Below the pieces are notes generated by a model that was not told where the DNA came from, did no database searches, and saw only the letters and a list, made by a program, of their open reading frames with translations. From assembly GCF_020829625.1 (NCBI RefSeq), contig NZ_JAIVFX010000034.1:37633-69632 (forward strand): a stretch of DNA of 32,000 bases, in the 5' to 3' direction. A program made the translations under genes and the position numbers. Each line of letters starts with the position of its first letter. Positions within the stretch are counted from its first letter, which is position 1. Origin of the DNA: Nostoc sp. XA010. Lineage in GTDB: Bacteria; Cyanobacteriota; Cyanobacteriia; Cyanobacteriales; Nostocaceae. Of the stretch, positions 20,012-29,798 are shown piece after piece.

Positions 20012-21538
20012 ATGCATATCGAAAAACCCGCTACCCATGAACCGGAAGCTTTGTCAGTACAAGATTCTCAGAGTTTCCCAGAATCAAAAGACTTATCTCA
20101 AGAAAATTTAGATCCTTGTCAATGCTCACAAGCCGCCTTACAAATGGCCTTAATAGCCAGTGGCTTGGGGTTGTGGGATTGGAATCTAATAACTAACAAA
20201 ACCTATTATGATCCTCACTGGAAGGGCATTTTGGGGTATGAAGTAGACGAAATCGAAAATGAGCATAAATCCTTTGAGCAACTTGTACATCCACAGGATT
20301 TACCAAGAATTCGCCAGGTGTTGCATGATTATCTGGAAGGATGCACACCTGTGTTTGAAGCCGAATTGCGAATGTTGACTAAATCCGGGGAGTGGAAGTG
20401 GATTTTGACTTGTGGGAAAGTATTTCAGTGGGATGAATTCGGTAAACCAATGCGGATGGCGGGGACGCACAAAGATATTACTCAAGATAAAGCGATGTCT
20501 ACGACGGGCTGCGCCTACGCTACTCAACAATACCAACTATTTGAACAACTCCAGTCTACCGAAGACCAAGTTAGGGAAAAATCACAGCAGCTAGAAACTA
20601 CCCTAGAAGAACTCAAATATACCCAAAAGCAGTTATTGCAGAACCAGAAAATGGCTAACCTCGGTCAACTGGTGGCGGATATGACTAACGAAATTAACAA
20701 CCCCGTTAGTTTCATCTACGGCAATCTCCATCCTGCGAGTCAATATGCTGAAGATTTAATCAGAATCATTGAACTTTACCAACATCACTATCCCACACCG
20801 ACACCAGTTATAGCTTTACATCTGCAACGCCTCGACCTTGGTTTCGTGAAGAAAGATTTTTTGAAATTGCTGTGGTCAATGCGAGCCGGATCTGAGCGCG
20901 TTAAAGAAATTGTTTTCGCCTTGCAGAATTTTTCAACCTCTGACGAAGGTCAAACAAAAAAGGTTGACCTGCATAAAGGACTTGATAGTGTTCTAAGGAT
21001 TTTGCAGCATCGTTTGAAAGAAAAGCCTGATAGAACCGGGATTGAAGTAATTAAAAACTTTGGGAAATTGCCTTTAATTGAGTGTTACCCTGGTGAACTA
21101 AATCAGGTATTCATGAACATCTTGACTAATGCCATTGATGCCTTAGAAGAAAGGATGAAACATGATTATTCTTTTACTCCCAATATTTTTATTCATACAG
21201 AAATTATTAGCAGCCATTTATCATTAGTCAAGAGTAATGAAGTTTTAGTAAATGATAAACTACTAGGAAAAAAACACAAAATTATAATTCGCATTTCTGA
21301 TAATGGTCAAGGCATACTTCCTCATATCAAACGACATATATTTGAACCATTTTTTACGACCAAACCAGTAGGCAAAAGTCAAGGGTTAGGGCTATCAATT
21401 AGTCGAGAAATTATAGTTGAAAAACATCAAGGTAAACTTAAGTGTAATTCTCAATTAGGTCAAGGGACAGAGTTGATCATTGAAATGAATACAACAGCAA
21501 GACACTATGCCGCAATTAGGAAATACGCCAGTTTTTAG
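20012..21538 (+). CDS. PAS-domain histidine-kinase-like protein (DHp and HATPase present, canonical H-box histidine replaced by Asn)
   Basis: 508-aa ORF with a PAS region (GLGLWDWNLITNKTYYDPHWKGILGY...GTHKDIT). The DHp segment is LGQLVADMTNEINNPVSFIYGNL. Other motifs are the N-box NILTNAIDAL, the G1 box DNGQGI and the G2 box GLGLSIS. Confidence 0.85.
   Translation: MHIEKPATHEPEALSVQDSQSFPESKDLSQENLDPCQCSQAALQMALIASGLGLWDWNLITNKTYYDPHWKGILGYEVDEIENEHKSFEQLVHPQDLPRIRQVLHDYLEGCTPVFEAELRMLTKSGEWKWILTCGKVFQWDEFGKPMRMAGTHKDITQDKAMSTTGCAYATQQYQLFEQLQSTEDQVREKSQQLETTLEELKYTQKQLLQNQKMANLGQLVADMTNEINNPVSFIYGNLHPASQYAEDLIRIIELYQHHYPTPTPVIALHLQRLDLGFVKKDFLKLLWSMRAGSERVKEIVFALQNFSTSDEGQTKKVDLHKGLDSVLRILQHRLKEKPDRTGIEVIKNFGKLPLIECYPGELNQVFMNILTNAIDALEERMKHDYSFTPNIFIHTEIISSHLSLVKSNEVLVNDKLLGKKHKIIIRISDNGQGILPHIKRHIFEPFFTTKPVGKSQGLGLSISREIIVEKHQGKLKCNSQLGQGTELIIEMNTTARHYAAIRKYASF
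20492..20520. repeat. Small dispersed repeat, copy inside the second kinase CDS (reverse orientation)
   Basis: GCGATGTCTACGACGGGCTGCGCCTACGC is the reverse complement of the family consensus and is translated as AMSTTGCAYA. Confidence 0.8.
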
Positions 21539-21641
21539 GTAAGTCGAACCAAGATTTACAGATCGCAATGGAAACGATAAAATTTGCCTCAAATCCTTGT
21601 CCATCGATGTGCCTAACTCAATGGATTATTGTAGGTTTGAG

Positions 21642-22688
21642 TCATTTAAAAAAGTGCGGTGCTTCCATATTTGTTTTGATTTTATTTACGACCTTTTTAA
21701 TGAATCTATGGCTTTTAGCCAGCATACTTGGCGTTTTGAGATTTTTTGGTTTTTGCTCAGGATTTTTTAAAAAACGATAGTATAAAAATTCATTTTTATA
21801 GCGGATGTTAACATCCTCACCTTGAGAAAGTCGAGTAAAATCAATTGAAGGATAATTCATGTAGTGAAGGCGATGGATATTTTTTAATCCATCTTGATTG
21901 TAAAGAACATTGTTAATATTAACGAATGGATCAACATCAGCACAGTTGCCAGTCTTGTCCTGTCCATTGGGGCTAAGGGTAAAGTTAAATAATGGGCGAT
22001 TATATCGCAAAGTCATATAGCTAAATAAGTCTGCATCACACCACCATGAATGATTGTTGATCCAGGTATACTCTTGCTTATCCACCAAAAGCTCTCTAAG
22101 CGTTTCTAGTTGATTATCCCCAAAAATACCACTTTTTGAACCGAAGAAACTAGAGCAATGTAACTGAGAGCGAATCTCAGATTCTGACAAATAAATTTTA
22201 TCTTCAATTAAAGAAAAATTTAATGCTGCTACAGGGGTTGATTTGCGATGCTCCCAATCGTCAAACACAAAGTCATAATCGTTTAACTTCTCTAAAACTC
22301 TATCCAAAGAACTCATGGCTAAACTGTCGGCATCATAAAACACAAATCTATCAAACTTACCATCAAAAGCAGACATTTTTCTAAATAAATTGCTATTTTT
22401 ATACCATTTATAATGCCCTTGAATTTTCTGATGTGCCTTAGGGTGCGCGTTCCAAACTTGATTATAAAATTCTTCCCAACGCTGCATTGATGTTTTGTTT
22501 TCAAATAAGCAAACATTTTGTCTTGAATTAATTTCCTGTTTCAAAAGTTGTATTTTATCATCATAAGGAATAATACATATAGGAATATCCGCGCCAACAT
22601 TTACCTCAATGCTATTGAGCAAAGCAACTAGTTGATCGTAAACGACATCATTAGCCAGGGTATAAATACCGAAAGGTTCCATTCTCAT
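21642..22688 (-). CDS. Uncharacterised protein, possibly a nucleotide-diphospho-sugar transferase (GT8-like) fold
   Basis: 348-aa ORF in a visibly AT-rich segment. The N-terminal YTLANDVVYDQLVALLNSI and the DxD-like FVFYDADSLAM suggest a glycosyltransferase-like fold. This is a weak assignment based on pattern only. Confidence 0.4.
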   Translation of the reverse strand: MRMEPFGIYTLANDVVYDQLVALLNSIEVNVGADIPICIIPYDDKIQLLKQEINSRQNVCLFENKTSMQRWEEFYNQVWNAHPKAHQKIQGHYKWYKNSNLFRKMSAFDGKFDRFVFYDADSLAMSSLDRVLEKLNDYDFVFDDWEHRKSTPVAALNFSLIEDKIYLSESEIRSQLHCSSFFGSKSGIFGDNQLETLRELLVDKQEYTWINNHSWWCDADLFSYMTLRYNRPLFNFTLSPNGQDKTGNCADVDPFVNINNVLYNQDGLKNIHRLHYMNYPSIDFTRLSQGEDVNIRYKNEFLYYRFLKNPEQKPKNLKTPSMLAKSHRFIKKVVNKIKTNMEAPHFFK

Positions 22689-23197
22689 AAATCCTTCTTG
22701 TTTTTATTCGTTCAGTAGCTACAATGTGAGAATTTTATCTATTTGCTATTATTCCCAAATTAGGACTGTTCTGAACACTTAAATATGAAATATATAGGAA
22801 TCCGGTTTGATTCCTGAAATTATTTGCGTGGTGCGCGAAGCACGATAGGCTAGGAGTGGAGAGTAGGAAAGAAGAATTTTTGAAAAAATTCCTTACACTT
22901 GAAGCTCAGGTGTAGCTAATGCCCATCCTACTAACCTAGATTTTAAAAATTAGACTTATATAGTCTTGTTAAGTTTATATCATCTTGCTATATAAATTAA
23001 TGTAGGTAGAACAGGTAAATTAGAATACCTTACCTTAGCCACACTTAAACAGACAGTTAAAACAGCAGATGGTAGACCATCAATGTCAGAATACTGAGTC
23101 ATAGGATGGGAAAATAAAGGTGAGTAATGTCCATCCCCAAATTTGCTGGACTATTTACCCAAGACAGATAAACAAAAAATTTTATCAGTCAAAATCT

Positions 23198-23794
23198 ATG
23201 ACTTCGACCCCCTCTCAAACTCGAAAGCTACCTACTCAAGCAATAGGAGCCAAAATTTTCCACTGGTGTAACATCATTAGCCTGTTTATCATGCTCACCA
23301 GTGGACTACAAATTTACAACGCCAACCCTGTTTTTGGTGGACGTGCAGGTTTGCACATTCCTCCGATATTTACGTTAGGAGGTTGGCTCGCAGGAGGTAG
23401 ACACTGGCATTTTGCCGCAATGTGGCTATTTTCGTTGAATCTCTTGTGGTATGGAATTTACATTTTAATTACCCGACGCTGGCGACATCGGTTTGTAGGT
23501 GCCAATGACTTCAAAGCATTACAAAAAACTCAAAATTCCAAACGCCTAATTTATGCTTGGCATCGAATTGCGTATACAGCAATTATTCCTATCTTGCTGC
23601 TGGCGTTATTGACAGGGATAGGAATGTATAAACCTGCTCAATTTCCCTGGATTGTGGATATGTTTGGCGATTGGCAAGCATTGAGAATTGTTCACTTTGC
23701 CTCAGTGCCAATGGTTATCTTATTTGTAATTATTCACTCTCGATTAGGGCGGAAAGCTGGCGGTACTGAATTAACTGAATCAATGTTTTCGTAA
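23198..23794 (+). CDS. Membrane cytochrome b (b561 / Ni-Fe hydrogenase b-type cytochrome subunit family)
   Basis: There are four or more predicted TM helices with conserved His positions (KIFHWCNIISLFIML; GGRHWHFAAMWLF; AWHRIAYTAIIPILL; LRIVHFASVPMVILFVIIHS). ATG 23198 is preferred over the GTG at 23120. Confidence 0.65.
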   Translation: MTSTPSQTRKLPTQAIGAKIFHWCNIISLFIMLTSGLQIYNANPVFGGRAGLHIPPIFTLGGWLAGGRHWHFAAMWLFSLNLLWYGIYILITRRWRHRFVGANDFKALQKTQNSKRLIYAWHRIAYTAIIPILLLALLTGIGMYKPAQFPWIVDMFGDWQALRIVHFASVPMVILFVIIHSRLGRKAGGTELTESMFS

Positions 23795-23871
23795 ACACAC
23801 TATGGTTATGGAAATAGGGAGACACGGGGACTAATGGCCAATGATCAATGACTCTTTTTTAAACTAAAAAA

Positions 23872-25308
23872 ATGAACTTTTTTGATAAACTGAATCGTAA
23901 TATCTTGCAAAATCAAAGCTTACTATTTGTAGGACTTGATCCAAATCCAGAGATGATGCCTGTGCGTTATGAATCTGAAGAACTGATCACTGGTTTGGAG
24001 AAATGGTTACAATTCATTATTGCTGAAACTGCTGATTATGTTTGTGCCTATAAACCGACACTTGGCTTTTACGAAGCATTAGGTATCCCCGGTTTAGAAT
24101 TGCTGTACAAAACTTTAGCAGCTATTCCAGCCCATATCCCAGTAATTTTAGATGCTAAACACAGTGATTTAAATACTAGTACCATTTTTGCCCAAACTGT
24201 GTTTACACAATGGCAGGTGGATGCAATCACTCTCAGTCCTTATACAGGACAAGATCATGTAGCACCTTTTTTGGTCTATCCTGATAAAGCGGTGTTTATT
24301 TTATGCTGTACTTCTAATCCAGGTGCAGAAGCTTTACAGCAATATCCGACAAACGAATCACCCCTTTATTTGCAAGTGGTAAAAGAATCAAAAACCTGGG
24401 GAACTCCAGAACAATTAGGTTTGGAAGTGGGAACTACAAATCCTGAAATTTTAGCACTTATTCGAGCGATCGCGCCTGAACGAATTATTATGGCGCGTAG
24501 CATCTGGGCGGAAGGCGCAAACCTGAAGCAAATTTTAGAAGCAGGTTTGAATGCTAATGGTGATGGTTTACTGATTCCTGTTCCTCAAGATATGTTGGGA
24601 AACACTCAACTATCTGAAGGAATCCAGAATTTACGCGCAGAAATTAATCAAATCAAAACTGAAATTGTTCACGAAAATTCCACATGTTCTGTGTGGTTTC
24701 CTGATGTTTGTTTCCTAAATCAGCATCCCTACCAAGATTTGATTTTACAACTTTATGATATTGACTGCATTATGTTTGGTAGTTTTGTCCAAGCATCAGG
24801 AGCTATATTTCCTTATTACATCGACTTACGCAAAATTATTTCCAATCCCCAAGTTTTTAATCAAGTTCTCACTGCATATCAGGATATTTTGAAGAATCTT
24901 ATTTTTGATAGATTAGCAGGTATTCCCTATGGTTCTTTACCTACTGCGACTGGTTTAGCTTTACGCCTTCATTGCCCGATGATTTTTCCCCGTAAAGAGG
25001 TGAAGGCACATGGAACTCGGAGAGTAATTGAGGGTAACTTTCATCCTGGTGAAACAGTTGTAGTGGTTGACGATATTCTCATCAGTGGTAAAAGTGTCAT
25101 GGAAGGGGCAGGAAAGTTGGAATCAGCAGGATTAAATGTTAATGATATTGTGGTATTTATCGACCATGAACAAGGAGTGAAAGATAGGTTACAGCAAAAT
25201 GGTTATCGTAGTCATGCAGTTTTAACTATTTCGGAAATTACTAATACTCTGTATCAAGCAGGGCGAATAAATGAGGAGCAATTTTTAGCTTTCGCTGAAA
25301 GTTCGTGA
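23872..25308 (+). CDS. pyrFE: Bifunctional orotidine-5'-phosphate decarboxylase / orotate phosphoribosyltransferase (PyrF-PyrE fusion)
   Basis: The N-terminal half has LFVGLDPNPEMMP and ILDAKHSDLNTS (OMP decarboxylase). The C-terminal half has the PRPP-binding motif VVVVDDILISGKS (OPRTase). Confidence 0.85.
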   Translation: MNFFDKLNRNILQNQSLLFVGLDPNPEMMPVRYESEELITGLEKWLQFIIAETADYVCAYKPTLGFYEALGIPGLELLYKTLAAIPAHIPVILDAKHSDLNTSTIFAQTVFTQWQVDAITLSPYTGQDHVAPFLVYPDKAVFILCCTSNPGAEALQQYPTNESPLYLQVVKESKTWGTPEQLGLEVGTTNPEILALIRAIAPERIIMARSIWAEGANLKQILEAGLNANGDGLLIPVPQDMLGNTQLSEGIQNLRAEINQIKTEIVHENSTCSVWFPDVCFLNQHPYQDLILQLYDIDCIMFGSFVQASGAIFPYYIDLRKIISNPQVFNQVLTAYQDILKNLIFDRLAGIPYGSLPTATGLALRLHCPMIFPRKEVKAHGTRRVIEGNFHPGETVVVVDDILISGKSVMEGAGKLESAGLNVNDIVVFIDHEQGVKDRLQQNGYRSHAVLTISEITNTLYQAGRINEEQFLAFAESS

Positions 25309-25314
25309 TTGGAA

Positions 25315-25351
25315 GAATAGGGAGTGGGGAGTAGGGAGTAGGGAATAGGGA
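25315..25351. repeat. STRR-type heptamer array (GGGAGTA)
   Basis: GAATAGGGAGTGGGGAGTAGGGAGTAGGGAATAGGGA lies directly after the pyrFE stop. Confidence 0.85.
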
Positions 25352-25399
25352 AGATTTTTCTCATGTACTTACCCTTGGTTATATCTTGCACCTGCCTAC

Positions 25400-25522
25400 T
25401 TTCTCGCCAGAGAATAAATTCTCTGGCTAATAGCACAAGTCCACTCAATTTGAGTATAAACCTTACCCAGTCTTGAATAGATAGACTTTAGCTAGTAGCC
25501 CCAGAATTCATGCTGAGGCGGT
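25400..25522. mobile_element. MITE-like multi-hairpin element, same family as 13428-13552
   Basis: The sequence runs CTCGCC, the hairpin AGAGAA-TAAA-TTCTCT, GGCTAATAGC ... GCTAGTAGCC ... GGCGG, giving an overall long imperfect palindrome. Confidence 0.55.
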
Positions 25523-25613
25523 TGTTTGGACTGGTGCAAGTTCTGAGCCTTGAACATATTTAATTACTCGGTTCAATCTAGTAACTAGAATAATTTGGAT
25601 TTTTAAATTAATT

Positions 25614-26714
25614 ATGAATTTTCCACTGAATCAACTGGTTAGATGGTTAATTTTTACGCTGTTATTTCCTTTAGTTTTTCTCAATGGGTGGCTAGCATTT
25701 TTGCTGGTTAAAAATTTTCAACCTGTTGTAACAATTCTTGTTTTGGCTACTTTGCTTGCATTCATTTTAAACTATCCTGTTACCATTCTCCAAAAGCGAG
25801 GAGTGAAACGTGGCTATGCAGTAGCATTGGTTTTTATATCAGCATTAATCATTATCGTTGCTCTGGGTATAACTTTGGTTCCTATTGTTTTAGAGCAATT
25901 TAATGAGATGGTGAAAGTGTTTCCCCAATGGATTGATTCTAGCAAAGAAAAACTTAAAATTTTAAATGATTGGTTTTTTACGCACAATTTAAATGTGAAA
26001 TTAAGTCAGTTATTAAACCGATTAACTGAGCAATTACCCAATGAATTAGAGTTTCTTTCAGACAAACTTTTAAGCATTCTCATAGATACGATTGATAGTA
26101 TCTCTGAGGGATTAATCACAATAGTATTCACTTTCTATCTGTTGTTAGATGGCCCAAGGATTTGGGAGGTGTTATTTAAAAAGCTACCTGGAAGTTTTGC
26201 TCAGAAGGTAAGCCAATCTATTCAACAAAACTTTCAAAATTACTTGATTGGTCAGGGAAGTTTGGCTTTGCTGATGGGAGTTTCATTAACATTATTATTT
26301 TTAGCTTTTCAAGTCCAGTTTGCTTTACTTTTTGGTTTAGGGGTTGGGCTTTTGAGTTTAATTCCCTTTGGCGATGTCGTCAGTCTTGTTGTAATAACTT
26401 TAATAATAGCCACACATGACTTTTGGCTAGCAGTGAAGATTTTTGCAGTAGCTGTTGTCATTGACCAGGTAATTGATCAGGCGATCGCACCCCGACTTTT
26501 AGGCAAATTTACTGGTATCAGACCAATATGGGTGTTAATTGCTTTGCTTGTAGGAACCAATGTTGGTGGAGTTTTGGGTTTGCTAATCGCGGTACCTGTA
26601 GCTGGTTTTATTAAAGATATAGCAGATGGTTTTTCTAAATCTGGTAATTCTGATAACGTCGGTGAGGGTGAAGCAGCATCAGAATTGTTGGCAGAGAAAT
26701 CAATATCGCAATGA
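25614..26714 (+). CDS. AI-2E family transporter (PerM/UPF0118 permease)
   Basis: 366-aa polytopic membrane protein with the typical family layout. That layout is N-terminal TM helices, a soluble insert, and a C-terminal TM bundle with ...IPFGDVVSLV...AIAPRLLGKFTGIRPIWVLIALLVG..GGVLGLLIAVPVAGFIK. Confidence 0.8.
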   Translation: MNFPLNQLVRWLIFTLLFPLVFLNGWLAFLLVKNFQPVVTILVLATLLAFILNYPVTILQKRGVKRGYAVALVFISALIIIVALGITLVPIVLEQFNEMVKVFPQWIDSSKEKLKILNDWFFTHNLNVKLSQLLNRLTEQLPNELEFLSDKLLSILIDTIDSISEGLITIVFTFYLLLDGPRIWEVLFKKLPGSFAQKVSQSIQQNFQNYLIGQGSLALLMGVSLTLLFLAFQVQFALLFGLGVGLLSLIPFGDVVSLVVITLIIATHDFWLAVKIFAVAVVIDQVIDQAIAPRLLGKFTGIRPIWVLIALLVGTNVGGVLGLLIAVPVAGFIKDIADGFSKSGNSDNVGEGEAASELLAEKSISQ

Positions 26715-26859
26715 TTTGTGGATAAAAATTAAGATCCTTTTTCATCAATTATGACAGTATCTTTAACTATCTGGAAATTTTGATTTTCAATCATATTGCT
26801 GCTATGTCCTAAACTCATTATAATCATCTGTGGGTAGGTGGATATTGCCCGCTAAAAAT

Positions 26860-26888
26860 AAAATTGCATAAAAAACCCCCTAGCATTT
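26860..26888 (-). terminator. Rho-independent terminator downstream of clpC
   Basis: The minus-strand RNA reads CCCCUAG-UAGAAAUG-CUAGGGG followed by G UUUUU. It lies about 130 nt after the clpC stop codon. Confidence 0.6.
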
Positions 26889-27016
26889 CTACTAGGGGTG
26901 ATAAATAATACCATTTCAATTTATGTTTGTCGGAGATGCCCCTGCGATCGCCTCTACTTAGATGAGAGGCTAGAGTATTCCTCAAATATTACAGCAAAAG
27001 GTGATCAGGTATAAAA

Positions 27017-29470
27017 TTATCCAACATTTGCCAAGAGCAATTCTCGTTTTTCTGATTTCCGTACTCTTACCTGAGAGTCATCATCAACATCAACGATCGC
27101 TGTATCTCCATCTGTAATTTCACCAGACAGCATTGCTTCGGCAAGAGAATCTTCTAGGAGGCGCATAATTGCCCGGCGTAAAGGTCTAGCACCATAACTA
27201 GGGTTGTAGCCTTCTTGCACTACACGGTCTTTGAAGCGATCGCTAACTTCAAGAATAATTCCCTTTTCTGTCAACCGGCTAGCAACTTCACGAAGCATAA
27301 TCTCAGCGATTTGCTTGACTTCATCCCTAGAAAGCTGGGTGAAGACGATAATTTCATCAAGACGGTTAAGGAACTCAGGACGGAAGTAAGCTTTCAATTC
27401 TTCATTTACCAAGGTGCGGATGCGGTTATAACTAGCGTCGGCTTGAGTGTCGAAGTCAAAGCCTAAACCACTACCACCTTTTTCAATCACCTTGGAACCA
27501 ATGTTGGAAGTCAAGATGATCAGCGTGTTCTTGAAGTCCACTTTCCGACCTTTGGCATCGGTAAGGTGGCCGTCATCCAAGAGTTGCAGCAGCATATTGA
27601 ATACATCGGGGTGAGCTTTTTCGATTTCGTCGAATAGCAACACTGAGTATGGTTTCCGCCGCACAGCTTCTGTAAGCTGTCCGCCTTCGTCGTATCCCAC
27701 ATAACCAGGAGGCGAACCAATTAGCTTGGCGACGGTGTGGCTTTCCATGTATTCGGACATATCTAGGCGAATCATGGAATCTTCCGCACCGAAGAAGTAA
27801 GAAGCTAGTGCCTTCGCTAATTCTGTTTTACCGACTCCGGTAGGCCCAGAGAAGATAAAGCTAGCAATGGGACGATTGGGATTCTTCAAGCCGACACGGG
27901 CGCGACGGATACCGCGAGATACAGCCGAGACTGCTTGCTCTTGACCAATAAGCCGTTGATGCAGAGTATCTTCTAGGTGCAGAAGCAATTCTGACTCAGA
28001 CTCAGTAAGCTTGTTGACTGGTACGCCAGTCCAAGAGGCAACGATTTGGGCGATATCTTCTTCGTCAACTACAGTAGAGTTGACAGGTTGATCGTTTTGT
28101 GTAAACGTTGCTTGCAGTTTTTCTGCAAGTTTTAACTCTTGGTCACGCAGGGTTACAGCTTTATCAAAATCTTGGACTCTGACTGCTGCTTCTTTTTCTT
28201 TGGTAACGCCAGCGAGTTCACGCTTGAGTTCTTTATTGGGAGAAATTTGAGAGTTCCGCAGACGAACGCGAGAACCAGCTTCATCAATCAAGTCTATTGC
28301 CTTATCTGGCAAGAAGCGATCGCTGATGTAGCGGTCTGATAATTCTGCTGCTGCTACAAGTGCTGCATCCAAAATTGTGACTTTGTGGTGTTGCTCATAA
28401 GCACCGCGCAAGCCGTAGAGAATTTGTACGGTTTCCTCTACTGAGGGTTCCCCAACCTTAATCGGTTGGAAACGACGCTCTAGGGCGGCATCACGCTCGA
28501 TATGCTTACGATACTCATCGAGGGTAGTTGCGCCGATACACTGGAGTTCACCCCGTGCTAAGGCAGGTTTGAGGATGTTCGCTGCATCCAAACCACCTTC
28601 TGTCCCACCAGCGCCAACCAAGGTGTGAATTTCGTCAATCACCAAGATGATATTGCCCACAGTGCGGACTTCTTCCACGACTTTTTTGATGCGTTCTTCA
28701 AAATCGCCACGGAAGCGAGTTCCAGCTACCAATGACCCCATGTCGAGGCTGATAACTTGTTTATCCTGTAAGGTTTCGGGAACATCCTGGTTGATAATCC
28801 GTTGAGCTAGACCTTCTGCGATCGCAGTTTTACCAACTCCTGGTTCTCCAATCAACACTGGGTTATTCTTAGTGCGGCGACCGAGGATCTGGATCGCCCG
28901 CTCAATTTCCTTCTCGCGACCAACTACGGGGTCAAGTCTGCCTTCTTGTGCTAATTTAGTCAAATTCCGACCAAACTCTTCCATCGTTAATGGTTGGGTA
29001 CGCTTTTGACTACCACCACCAGCTAAAGCTGGTGCATTTTCACCCAAACGGCGAACGATGGCACTGCGGACGGTCTTGAAGTCAACTCCTAGATTTTGCA
29101 GTACTTTGGCGGCAACACCTTCACCAGCCTCGGTCAATCCTAAGAGTAAGTGTTCAGTGTTAATGTAATTTTGTCCCAGACTATGAGCTTCTTTAAACGA
29201 TTGCTCGAAGAGGCTTTTTACCTTAGGAGTAAAAGGAATTTCTGGTGGTACAAAGCCAGAACCCCTGCCAATAATTTTTTCTACCTCGCGACGTGCATCT
29301 TTGAGGGTAACGCCTAATTCGGCCAGCACTTTAGCAGCAACCCCAGTTCCTTCTCCCATCAAACCCAGGAGAATTTGTTCTGTTCCTACAAAGTTGTGTC
29401 CCAGGCGACGGGCTTCCTCCTGAGCTAACATAATTACTCTAATGGCTTCGGAAGTGAAGTGTTCAAACAT
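27017..29470 (-). CDS. clpC: ATP-dependent Clp protease ATP-binding subunit ClpC
   Basis: The gene has the Clp N-repeat ([37 protein letters not shown]) and two AAA+ modules ([15 protein letters not shown]; [15 protein letters not shown]). A UVR-like linker ([11 protein letters not shown]) is also present. ATG 29470 is preferred over the upstream start at 29527. Confidence 0.95.
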   Translation of the reverse strand: MFEHFTSEAIRVIMLAQEEARRLGHNFVGTEQILLGLMGEGTGVAAKVLAELGVTLKDARREVEKIIGRGSGFVPPEIPFTPKVKSLFEQSFKEAHSLGQNYINTEHLLLGLTEAGEGVAAKVLQNLGVDFKTVRSAIVRRLGENAPALAGGGSQKRTQPLTMEEFGRNLTKLAQEGRLDPVVGREKEIERAIQILGRRTKNNPVLIGEPGVGKTAIAEGLAQRIINQDVPETLQDKQVISLDMGSLVAGTRFRGDFEERIKKVVEEVRTVGNIILVIDEIHTLVGAGGTEGGLDAANILKPALARGELQCIGATTLDEYRKHIERDAALERRFQPIKVGEPSVEETVQILYGLRGAYEQHHKVTILDAALVAAAELSDRYISDRFLPDKAIDLIDEAGSRVRLRNSQISPNKELKRELAGVTKEKEAAVRVQDFDKAVTLRDQELKLAEKLQATFTQNDQPVNSTVVDEEDIAQIVASWTGVPVNKLTESESELLLHLEDTLHQRLIGQEQAVSAVSRGIRRARVGLKNPNRPIASFIFSGPTGVGKTELAKALASYFFGAEDSMIRLDMSEYMESHTVAKLIGSPPGYVGYDEGGQLTEAVRRKPYSVLLFDEIEKAHPDVFNMLLQLLDDGHLTDAKGRKVDFKNTLIILTSNIGSKVIEKGGSGLGFDFDTQADASYNRIRTLVNEELKAYFRPEFLNRLDEIIVFTQLSRDEVKQIAEIMLREVASRLTEKGIILEVSDRFKDRVVQEGYNPSYGARPLRRAIMRLLEDSLAEAMLSGEITDGDTAIVDVDDDSQVRVRKSEKRELLLANVG

Positions 29471-29798
29471 AATGGGTTCTTGCTCCCTCGCTGCTTGGAC
29501 TTTGGGTGAGATAAAATTCACCCTCATCTAAAGTTTTTTGTATTTTCTTAAGAACTAATGTAACTTTATTTAAACTTGAGTGGCAGTGGTGAGAGCCGTA
29601 AGACATCAGGTGTACTTGCCGTCTACTAGGGGTTAGGAGTGATGAGTAGATAAGGAGTTCTCAATTTTACAATCGACTTGTCAGTGCAGAAGATGATTTT
29701 CTTTTGCCTTTTCTGCTCCTCAGCTCTGGGCTAAACTTAAAAACTAAGACTCTATACTCTTAATTCCTAACTTATAACCTCTCACTCAGGGACTCACG

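Noticed and set aside
21568-21780. 70-aa plus-strand ORF downstream of the kinase
   Set aside because: It overlaps the 3' end of the 348-aa minus-strand gene in AT-rich DNA. It is hydrophobic and low-complexity with no motif, so it is probably spurious.
27215-28339. ORFs 27215-27466 (+), 27520-27720 (-) and 28139-28339 (+) within clpC
   Set aside because: They are antisense or off-frame ORFs inside a highly conserved gene.
29471-29527. 19-codon N-terminal extension of ClpC ([19 protein letters not shown])
   Set aside because: ClpC proteins begin with MFE.FT..A. The extension has no counterpart there, and its first codon, CAT on the + strand at 29525-29527, reads ATG on the minus strand but has no better ribosome-binding context.
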